DNA from: the human T2T-CHM13v2.0 reference genome, Homo sapiens
DNA length: 64,000 bases
Direction: 5' to 3' (one strand)
NCBI RefSeq assembly: GCF_009914755.1
Contig: NC_060942.1
The translations under genes and the position numbers were made by a program. Positions 38,956 to 50,200 of the stretch are shown here, piece after piece; positions within the stretch are counted from its first letter, which is position 1; the number at the start of each line of letters is the position of its first letter. Below the pieces are notes generated by a model. The model saw nothing but the letters and a program-made list of their open reading frames with translations, was not told the origin of the DNA and searched no databases.

Positions 38956-39630
38956 CATTCTCAGAAACTTGTTTATGCTGTATCTACTCAGCTAACAAAG
39001 TTGAACCTTTCTTTTGATAGAGCAGTTTTGAAACACTCTTTTTGTGGAATCTGCAAGTGGATATTTGGCTAGATTTTAGGATTTCGTTGGAAACGTGATT
39101 ACATATAAAAAGCAGACAGCAGCATTCTCAGAAACAACTTTGTGATTATTGCATTCAAGTCATAGAGTTGAAGATTCTCTTTCACAGAGCAGGTTTGAAA
39201 CACTCTTTTGTAGTGTCTGTAAGTGGACTTTTTGTGCGATTTCCGGCCTAAGGTGAAAAAGGAAATATCTCCCCATAAAAACTAGACAGAAGCATTCTCA
39301 GAAACTTACTCGTGATGAGTGTCCTCAACTAAAGGCTTAGAACTTTTCTTTTCATAGAGAAGTTTTGAAACGCTCTTTTTGTGGATTCTGCAAGTGGATA
39401 TTTGGCTAGTTATGAGGATTTCGTTAGAAGCGGGAATTCATACAAATTTCAGACTGCAGCGTTCTGAGAAACATCTTTGTGATGTTTGTATTCAGTACAC
39501 AGAGATGAACATTCCCTATCATAGAGCAGGTTTCAAACACTCTTTCTATAGTATCTGGAAGAGGACATTTCGAGCGCTTTCAGGCCTATGCTGAACAAGG
39601 AATTATCTTCCCATAAAAACTTGACAGAAG
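38956..39630 (+). repeat. Diverged transition monomers and array A/array B fusion monomer
   Basis: An a/g hybrid, then degraded h and i monomers with many private substitutions, then a monomer whose 5' part is j (CCCTATCATAG) and whose 3' part is array-B m6 (TTTCAAACAC...GAAGAGGACATTTCGAG). Confidence 0.85.
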
Positions 39631-42600
39631 CATTCTCAGAAACTTATTTGTGATGTGTGTCCTCAACTAACAGAGTTGAACCTTTCTTTTGATACAGCAG
39701 TTTGGAAACACTCTTTTTGTAGAATCTGCAAGTGGATATTTGGATAACTGTGAAGTTTTCGTTGGAAACGGGAATATCTTCATGTTAAATCGAGACAGAA
39801 GCATTCTCAGAAACTGCTTTGTGATGTCTGCATTCTCATCACAGAGTTGAACATTCGCTTTCATAGAGCAGGTTTGAAACACTCTTTCTGCAGTATCTGG
39901 ATGTGGACTTTTGGAGCCCTTTGACGCTTACGGTGCAAAAGGAAATATCTCCCCATAAAAACTAGACAGAAGCATTCTCATAAACTGGTTTGTGATGTAT
40001 GTCCTCAGCTAACAGAGTTGAACCTTTCTATTTACAGAGCACTTTTGAAAGACTCAATTGGAGAATCTGCAAGTGGATATTTGGAAAGCTTTAAGGTTTC
40101 AATTGGAAACCGGAATATCTTCAGGTAAAATCTAGACAAGGGCATTCTCAGAAACTTCTTTGTGATGTGTGTCCTCAAGTAACAGAGTACAACCTGTCTT
40201 TTGATACAGCAGTTTGGAAACACCCTTTCTGTAGAATCTGCAAGTGGATATTTGGATAGCTCAAGCTATTTCGTTGGAAACGGGAACATCTTCATATAAA
40301 CCCTAGACAGAAGCACTCTCAGAAACTACTTTGTGATACCTGTATTCAAGTCACAGAGTTGAATATTCCCTTTCTTAGAGCAGATTTGAAACCGTCTTTT
40401 CGTGGAATCTGCAGGAGGATATTTGGATAGATTTGAGGATTTCGTTGGAAACGGGATTACATTTACAAAGTAGACAGCAGCATTGTCAGAAGCTGCTTTG
40501 TGATGTTTGCTTTTAAGTCACAGAGTGGAACATTCACATTCATAGAGCAGGTTTCAAACACTCTTTCTGTAGTATCTGGAAGAGGACATTTCGAGCGCTT
40601 TCAGGCCTATGGTGAACAAGGAAATATCTTCCCACAGAAACTTGACAGAAGTATTCTCACGAACTGGTTTGGGATGTATGTCCTCAGCTAACAGAGTACA
40701 GCCTGTCTTTTGATACAGCAGTATTGAAACACTCTTTCTGTAGAATCTGCAAGTGGATATTTGGATAGCTCTAACGATTTCGTTGGAAACGGGAATACTT
40801 TAGTATAAAATCTAGACAGAGGCACTCTCAGAAACTGCTTTGTGATATGTGCATTCAAGTCACAGAGTTGAACATTCCCTGTATTAGAGCAGGTTTGAAA
40901 CACTCTTTTTGTAGTATCTGGAAGTGGACATTTGGAGCGCTTTGACGCCTTTGGTGAAAAAGGAAATATCTTCCCTAAACAACTAGACAGAAGCATTCTC
41001 AGAAACTTCTTTGTGATGTGTGTCCTCAACTAACAGAGTTCAACCTCTCTTATGATACAGAAGTTTGGAAACACTCTTTTTGGAGAATATGCCAGGGGAT
41101 ATTTGGATAGCTCGAAGTATTTCGTTGGAAAAGGGAATACCTTCATATAAAATCTAGACAGAAGCACTCTCAGAAACTACTTTGTGATATCTGCATTCAA
41201 GTCACAGAGTCGAACATTCCCTTTCTTAGAGCCGGTTTGAAACCGTCTTTTCTTGGAATCTGCAGGTGGATATTTGGATAGCTTTCAGGATTTCTTTGGA
41301 AACGGGATTACATATACAAATTAGACTGTAGCATTCTCAGAAGCTTCTCTGTGATGTTTGCTTTTAAGTCACAGAGTTGAGCATTCCCTTTCATAGAGCA
41401 GGTTTGAAACACTCTTTCTATAGTATCTGGAAGTGGACATTTCGAGGGCTTTCAGGCCTATGGTGAAAAAGGAAATATCTTCCCATAAAAACTAGACAGA
41501 AGCATTCTCAGAAACTTATTTGTGATGTGTGTCCTCAACTAACAGAGTTGAACCTTTCTTTTGATACAGCAGTTTGGAAACACTCTTTTTGTAGAATCTG
41601 CAAGTGGATATTTGGATAACTTTGAAGATTTCTTTGGAAACGGGAATATCTTCATGTTAAATCGAGAAAGAAGCATTCTCAGAAACTGCTTTGTGATGTG
41701 TGTCCCCAAGTAACAGAGTACAACCTGTCTTTTGATACAGCAGTTTGGAAACACTCTTTCTGTAGAATCTGCAAGTGGATATTTGGATAGCTCAAGCTAT
41801 TTCGTTGGAAACGGGAATAGCTTCTTATAAACACTAGACAGAAGCACTCTCAGAAACTACTTTGTGATATCTGTATTCAAGTCACAGAGTTGAATATTCC
41901 CTTTCTTAGAGCAGGTATGAAACCGTCTTTTCGTGGAATCTGCAGGAGGATATTTGGATAGCTTTGAGGATTTCGTTGGAAACGGGATTACATATACAAA
42001 GTAGACAGCAGCATTCTCAGGAGCTGCTTTGTGATGTTTGCTTTTAAGTCACGGAGTTGAACATTCCCTTTCATAGAGCAGGTTTCAAACACTCTTTCTC
42101 TAGTATCTGGAAGAGGACATTTCGAGCGCTTTCAGGCCTATGGTGAACAAGGAAATATCTTCCCATAGAAACTTGACAGAAGCATTCTCACAAACTGGTT
42201 TGGGATGTATGTCCTCAGCTAACAGAGTACAGCCTGTCTTTTGATACAGCAGTATTGAAACACTCTTTCTGTAGAATCTGCAAGTGGATATTTGGATAGC
42301 TCTAACGATTTCGTTGGAAACGGGAATACTTTAGTATAAAATCTAGACACAGGCACTCTCAGAAACTGCTTTGTGATATGTGCACTCAAGTCACGTAGTT
42401 GAACATTCCCTTTATTAGAGCAGGTTTGAAACACTCTTTTTGTAGTATCTGGAAGTGGACATTTGGAGCGCTTTGACGCCTTTGGTGAAAAAGGAAATAT
42501 CTTCCCTAAAAAACTAGACAGAAGCATTCTCAGAAACTTCTTTGTGATGTGTGTCCTCAACTAACAGAGTTCAACCTCTCTTATGATACAGAAGTTTGGA

Positions 42601-45600
42601 AACACTCTTTTTGGGGAATATGCCAGGGGATATTTGGATAGCTCGAAGTATTTCGTTGGAAACGGGAATATCTTCATATAAAATCTAGACAGAAGCACTC
42701 TCAGAAACTATTTTGTGATATCTGCATTGAAGTCACAGAGTCGAACATTCCCTTTCTTAGAGCCGGTTTGAAACCGTCCTTTCTTGGAATCTGCAGGTGG
42801 ATATTTGGATAGATTTCAGGATTTCGTTGGAAACGGGATTACATACACAAAGTAGACAGTAGCATTCTCAGAAGCTTCTCTGTGATGTTTGCTTTTAAGT
42901 CACAGAGTTGAGCATTCCCTTTCATAGAGCAGGTTTGAAACACTCTTTCTGTAGTATCTGGAAGTGGACTTTTCGAGCGCTTTCAGGCCTATGGTGAAAA
43001 AGGAAATATCTTCCCATAAAAACTAGACAGAAGCATTCTCAGAAACTTATTTGTGATGTGTGTCCTCAACTAACAGAGTTGAACCTTTCTTTTGATACAG
43101 CAGTTTGGAAACACTCTTTTTGTAGAATCTGCAAGTGGATATTTGGATAACTGTGAAGTTTTCGTTGGAAACGGGAATATCTTCATGTTAAATCGAGACA
43201 GAAGCATTCTCAGAAACTGCTTTGTGATGTCTGCATTCTCATCACAGAGTTGAACATTCGCTTTCATAGAGCAGGTTTGAAACACTCTTTCTGCAGTATC
43301 TGGATGTGGACTTTTGGAGCCCTTTGACGCTTACGGTGCAAAAGGAAATATCTCCCCATAAAAACTAGACAGAAGCATTCTCATAAACTGGTTTGTGATG
43401 TATGTCCTCAGCTAACAGAGTTGAACCTTTCTATTTACAGAGCACTTTTGAAAGACTCAATTGGAGAATCTGCAAGTGGATATTTGGAAAGCTTTAAGGT
43501 TTCAATTGGAAACCGGAATATCTTCAGGTAAAATCTAGACAAGGGCATTCTCAGAAACTTCTTTGTGATGTGTGTCCTCAAGTAACAGAGTACAACCTGT
43601 CTTTTGATACAGCAGTTTGGAAACACCCTTTCTGTAGAATCTGCAAGTGGATATTTGGATAGCTCAAGCTATTTCGTTGGAAACGGGAACATCTTCATAT
43701 AAACCCTAGACAGAAGCACTCTCAGAAACTACTTTGTGATATCTGTATTCAAGTCACAGAGTTGAATATTCCCTTTCTTAGAGCAGATTTGAAACCGTCT
43801 TTTCGTGGAATCTGCAGGAGGATATTTGGATAGATTTGAGGATTTCGTTGGAAACGGGATTACATTTACAAAGTAGACAGCAGCATTGTCAGAAGCTGCT
43901 TTGTGATGTTTGCTTTTAAGTCACAGAGTGGAACATTCACATTCATAGAGCAGGTTTCAAACACTCTTTCTGTAGTATCTGGAAGAGGACATTTCGAGCG
44001 CTTTCAGGCCTATGGTGAACAAGGAAATATCTTCCCATAGAAACTTGACAGAAGTATTCTCACGAACTGGTTTGGGATGTATGTCCTCAGCTAACAGAGT
44101 ACAGCCTGTCTTTTGATACAGCAGTATTGAAACACTCTTTCTGTAGAATCTGCAAGTGGATATTTGGATAGCTCTAACGATTTCGTTGGAAACGGGAATA
44201 CTTTAGTATAAAATCTAGACAGAGGCACTCTCAGAAACTGCTTTGTGATATGTGCATTCAAGTCACAGAGTTGAACATTCCCTGTATTAGAGCAGGTTTG
44301 AAACACTCTTTTTGTAGTATCTGGAAGTGGACATTTGGAGCGCTTTGACGCCTTTGGTGAAAAAGGAAATATCTTCCCTAAACAACTAGACAGAAGCATT
44401 CTCAGAAACTTCTTTGTGATGTGTGTCCTCAACTAACAGAGTTCAACCTCTCTTATGATACAGAAGTTTGGAAACACTCTTTTTGGAGAATATGCCAGGG
44501 GATATTTGGATAGCTCGAAGTATTTCGTTGGAAAAGGGAATACCTTCATATAAAATCTAGACAGAAGCACTCTCAGAAACTACTTTGTGATATCTGCATT
44601 CAAGTCACAGAGTCGAACATTCCCTTTCTTAGAGCCGGTTTGAAACCGTCTTTTCTTGGAATCTGCAGGTGGATATTTGGATAGCTTTCAGGATTTCTTT
44701 GGAAACGGGATTACATATACAAATTAGACTGTAGCATTCTCAGAAGCTTCTCTGTGATGTTTGCTTTTAAGTCACAGAGTTGAGCATTCCCTTTCATAGA
44801 GCAGGTTTGAAACACTCTTTCTATAGTATCTGGAAGTGGACATTTCGAGGGCTTTCAGGCCTATGGTGAAAAAGGAAATATCTTCCCATAAAAACTAGAC
44901 AGAAGCATTCTCAGAAACTTATTTGTGATGTGTGTCCTCAACTAACAGAGTTGAACCTTTCTTTTGATACAGCAGTTTGGAAACACTCTTTTTGTAGAAT
45001 CTGCAAGTGGATATTTGGATAACTTTGAAGATTTCTTTGGAAACGGGAATATCTTCATGTTAAATCGAGAAAGAAGCATTCTCAGAAACTGCTTTGTGAT
45101 GTGTGTCCCCAAGTAACAGAGTACAACCTGTCTTTTGATACAGCAGTTTGGAAACACTCTTTCTGTAGAATCTGCAAGTGGATATTTGGATAGCTCAAGC
45201 TATTTCGTTGGAAACGGGAATAGCTTCTTATAAACACTAGACAGAAGCACTCTCAGAAACTACTTTGTGATATCTGTATTCAAGTCACAGAGTTGAATAT
45301 TCCCTTTCTTAGAGCAGGTATGAAACCGTCTTTTCGTGGAATCTGCAGGAGGATATTTGGATAGCTTTGAGGATTTCGTTGGAAACGGGATTACATATAC
45401 AAAGTAGACAGCAGCATTCTCAGGAGCTGCTTTGTGATGTTTGCTTTTAAGTCACGGAGTTGAACATTCCCTTTCATAGAGCAGGTTTCAAACACTCTTT
45501 CTCTAGTATCTGGAAGAGGACATTTCGAGCGCTTTCAGGCCTATGGTGAACAAGGAAATATCTTCCCATAGAAACTTGACAGAAGCATTCTCACAAACTG

Positions 45601-47290
45601 GTTTGGGATGTATGTCCTCAGCTAACAGAGTACAGCCTGTCTTTTGATACAGCAGTATTGAAACACTCTTTCTGTAGAATCTGCAAGTGGATATTTGGAT
45701 AGCTCTAACGATTTCGTTGGAAACGGGAATACTTTAGTATAAAATCTAGACACAGGCACTCTCAGAAACTGCTTTGTGATATGTGCACTCAACTCACGTA
45801 GTTGAACATTCCCTTTATTAGAGCAGGTTTGAAACACTCTTTTTGTAGTATCTGGAAGTGGACATTTGGAGCGCTTTGACGCCTTTGGTGAAAAAGGAAA
45901 TATCTTCCCTAAAAAACTAGACAGAAGCATTCTCAGAAACTTCTTTGTGATGTGTGTCCTCAACTAACAGAGTTCAACCTCTCTTATGATACAGAAGTTT
46001 GGAAACACTCTTTTTGGGGAATATGCCAGGGGATATTTGGATAGCTCGAAGTATTTCGTTGGAAACGGGAATATCTTCATATAAAATCTAGACAGAAGCA
46101 CTCTCAGAAACTATTTTGTGATATCTGCATTGAAGTCACAGAGTCGAACATTCCCTTTCTTAGAGCCGGTTTGAAACCGTCCTTTCTTGGAATCTGCAGG
46201 TGGATATTTGGATAGATTTCAGGATTTCGTTGGAAACGGGATTACATACACAAAGTAGACAGTAGCATTCTCAGAAGCTTCTCTGTGATGTTTGCTTTTA
46301 AGTCACAGAGTTGAGCATTCCCTTTCATAGAGCAGGTTTGAAACACTCTTTCTGTAGTATCTGGAAGTGGACTTTTCGAGCGCTTTCAGGCCTATGGTGA
46401 AAAAGGAAATATCTTCCCATAAAAACTAGACAGAAGCATTCTCAGAAACTTATTTGTGATGTGTGTCCTCAACTAACAGAGTTGAACCTTTCTTTTGATA
46501 CAGCAGTTTGGAAACACTCTTTTTGTAGAATCTGCAAGTGGATATTTGGATAACTGTGAAGTTTTCGTTGGAAACGGGAATATCTTCATGTTAAATCGAG
46601 ACAGAAGCATTCTCAGAAACTGCTTTGTGATGTCTGCATTCTCATCACAGAGTTGAACATTCGCTTTCATAGAGCAGGTTTGAAACACTCTTTCTGCAGT
46701 ATCTGGATGTGGACATTTGGAGCCCTTTGACGCTTACGGTGCAAAAGGAAATATCTCCCCATAAAAACTAGACAGAAGCATTCTCACAAACTGGTTTGTG
46801 ATGTATGTCCTCAGCTAACAGAGTTGAACCTTTCTATTTACAGAGCACTTTTGAAAGACTCAATTGGAGAATCTGCAAGTGGATATTTGGAAAGCTTTAA
46901 GGTTTCAATTGGAAACCGGAATATCTTCAGGTAAAATCTAGACAAGGGCATTCTCAGAAACTTCTTTGTGATGTGTGTCCTCAAGTAACAGAGTACAACC
47001 TGTCTTTTGATACAGCAGTTTGGAAACACCCTTTCTGTAGAATCTGCAAGTGGATATTTGGATAGCTCAAGCTATTTCGTTGGAAACGGGAACATCTTCA
47101 TATAAACCCTAGACAGAAGCACTCTCAGAAACTACTTTGTGATATCTGTATTCAAGTCACAGAGTTGAATATTCCCTTTCTTAGAGCAGATTTGAAACCG
47201 TCTTTTCGTGGAATCTGCAGGAGGATATTTGGATAGATTTGAGGATTTCGTTGGAAACGGGATTACATTTACAAAGTAGACAGCAGCATT
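39631..47290 (+). repeat. 20-mer super-HOR (11-mer 1872 bp + 9-mer 1531 bp = 3403 bp), about 2.25 near-identical copies
   Basis: ORF offsets 39667/43070/46473, 40688/44091 and 41539/44942. The 9-mer lacks m2+m3 (fusion monomers at 41674 and 45077). Confidence 0.92.
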
Positions 47291-50200
47291 CTCAGAAGCT
47301 GCTTTGTGATGTTTGCTTTTAAGTCACAGAGTGGAACATTCCCTTTCATAGAGCACGTTTCAAACACTCTTTCTGTAGTATCTGTAAGAGGATATTTCGA
47401 GCGCTTTCAGGCCTATGGTGAACAAGGAAATATCTTCCCATGAAAAGTTGACAGAAGCATTCTCACAAACTGGTTTGGGATGTATGTCCTCAGCTAACAG
47501 AGGACAACCTGTCTTTTGATACAGCAGTATTGAAACACTCTTTCTGTAGAATCTGCAAGTGGATATTTGGATAGCTCTAACGATTTCGTTGGAAACGGGA
47601 ATACTTAATATAAAATCTAGACAGAGGCACTCTCAGAAACTGCTTTGTGATATGCGCATTCAAGTCACAGAGTTGAACATTCCCTTTATTAGAGCAGGTT
47701 TGAAACACTCTTTTTATAGTATCTGGAAGTGGACATTTGCAGCGCTTTGACGCCTTTGGGGAAAAAGGAAATATCTTCCTTAAAAAACTAGAGAGAAGCA
47801 TTCTCAGAAACTTTTTGTGATGTGTGTCCTCAACTAACAGAGTTCAACCACTCTTATGTTACAGAAGTTTGGAAACACTCTTTTTGTAGAATATGCAAGG
47901 GGATATTTGGATAGCTCGAAGTATTTCGTTGGAAACGGGAATATCTTCATATAAAATCTAGACAGAAGCACTCTCAGAAACTACTTTGTGATATCTGCAT
48001 TCAAGTCACAGAGTTGAATATTCCCTTTCTTAGAGCAGATTTGAAACGGTCTTTTCTTGGAATCTGCAGGTGGATATTTGGATAGCTTTCAGGATTTCGT
48101 TGGAAACGGGATTACTTATACAAAGTAGACAGTAGCATTCTCAGCAGCTTCTCTGTGATGTTTGCTTTTGAGTCACAGAGTTGAGCATTCCCTTTCATAG
48201 AGCAGGTTTGAAACACTCTTTCTGTAGTATCTGGAAGTGGTCATTTCGAGGACTTTCAGGCCTATGCTGTAAAAGGAAATATCTTCCCATAAAAACTAGA
48301 CAGAAGCATTCTCAGAAACTTATTTGTGATGTGTGTCCTCAACTAACAGATTTGAACCTTTCTTTTGATACAGCAGTTTGGAAACACTCTTTTTGTAGAA
48401 TCTGCAAGTCGATATTTGGATAACTCTGAAGATTTCGTTGGAAACGGGAATATCTTCATGTAAAATCGAGAGAGAAGTATTCTCAGAAACTGCTTTGTGA
48501 TGTCTGCATTCTCATCACAGAGTTGAAGATTCGCTTTCATAGAGCAGGTTTGAAACACTCTTTCTGCAGTATCTGGATGTGGACACTTGGAGCGCTTTGA
48601 CGCTTACGGTGCAAAAGGAAATATCTTCCCATAAAAACTAGACAGAAGCATTCTCACAAACTGGTTTGTGATGTATGTCCTCAGCTAACAGAGTTGAACC
48701 TTTCTATTTACAGAGCAGTTTTGAAAGACTCAATTGGAGAATCTGCAAGTGGATATTTGGAAAGCTTTAAGGTTTCAATTGGAAACCGGAATATCTTCAG
48801 GTAAAATCTAGACAAGGGCATTCTCAGAAACTTCTTTGTGATGTGTGTCCTCAAGTAACAGAGTACAACCTGTCTTTTGATACAGTAGTTTGGAAACACC
48901 CTTTCTGTAGAATCTGCAAGTGGATATTTGGATAGCTCATGCTATTTCGTTGGAAACGGGAATAGCTTCATATAAACCCTAGAGAGAAGCACTCTCAGAA
49001 ACTACTTTGTGATATCTGTATTCAAGTCACAGAGTTGAATATTCCCTTTCGTAAAGCAGGTTTGAAACCGTCTTTTCGTGGAATCTGCAGGAGGATATTT
49101 CGATAGCTTTGAGGATTTCGTTGGAAACGGGATTACATATACAAAGTAGACAGCAGCATTCTCAGAAGCTGCTTTGTGATGTTTGCTTTTAAGTCACAGA
49201 GTGGAACATTCACTTTCATAGAGCAGGTTTCAAACACTCTTTCTGTAGTATCTGGAAGAGGATATTTCGAGCGCTTTCAGGCGTATGGTGAACAAGGAAA
49301 TATATTCCCATACAAACTTGACAGAAGCATTCTCACAAACTGGTTTGGGATGTATGTCCTCAGCTAACAGAGTACAGCCTGTCTTTTGATACAGCAGTAT
49401 TGAAACACTCTTTCTGTAGAATCTGCAAGTGGATATTTGGATAGCTCTAACGATTTCTTTGGAAACGGGAATACTTTAGTATAAAATCTAGACAGAGGCA
49501 CTCTCAGAAACTGCTTTTTGATATGTGCATTCAAGTCACAGAGTTGAACATTCCCTTTATTAGAGCAGGTTTGAAACACTCTTTTTGTAGTATCTGGAAG
49601 TGGACATTTGGAGTGCTTTGACGCCTTTGGTGAAAAAGGAAATATCTTCCCTAAACAACTAGACAGAAGCATTCTCAGAAACTTCTTTGTGATGTGTGTC
49701 TTCAACTAACAGAGTTCAACCACTATTATGATACAGAAGTTTGGAAACACTCTTTTTGGAGAATATGCCAGGGGATATTGGGATAGCTCGAAGTATTTCG
49801 TTTTAAACGGGAATATCTTCATATAAAATCTAGACAGAAGCACTCTCAGAAACTACTTTGTGATATCTGCATTCAAGTCACAGAGTGGAACATTCCCTTT
49901 CTTAGAGCCGGTTTGAAACCGTCTTTTCTTGGAATCTGCAGGTGGATATTTGCATAGCTTCCAGGATTTCGTTGGAAACGGGATTACATATACAAAGTAG
50001 ACAGTAGCATTCTCAGAAGCTTCTCTGAGATGTTTGCTTTTAAGTCACAGAGTTGAGCATTCCCTTTCATAGAGCAGGTTTGAAACACTCTTTCTGTAGT
50101 ATCTGGAAGTGGACATTTCGAGGGCTTTCAGGCCTATGGTGAAAAAGGAAATATGTTCCCATAAAACCTAGACGGAAGCATTCTCAGAAACTTATTTGTG

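Larger units (their letters stand above)
1..39533 (+). repeat. Alpha satellite HOR array A (dimeric SF2-type; resembles D18Z1/S2C18H1L-family monomers), composed of structural variants
   Basis: Continuous 167-171 bp monomers beginning CATTCTCAGAAAC/CGTTCTGAGAAAC. B-type monomers (TTTCGTTGGAA[A/G]CGGGA) alternate with A-type (GGTGAAAAAGGAAATATCTTCCC). Recurrent EcoRI-containing GAATTCATACAAATTGCAGACTGCAG. Alpha satellite identity is certain; the chr18 assignment is from recall only (about 0.7). Confidence 0.97.

Noticed and set aside
1-39533. Claim that this is the kinetochore/CENP-A site or hypomethylated dip region
   Set aside because: This is epigenetic and cannot be read from sequence; the edge position argues against it.
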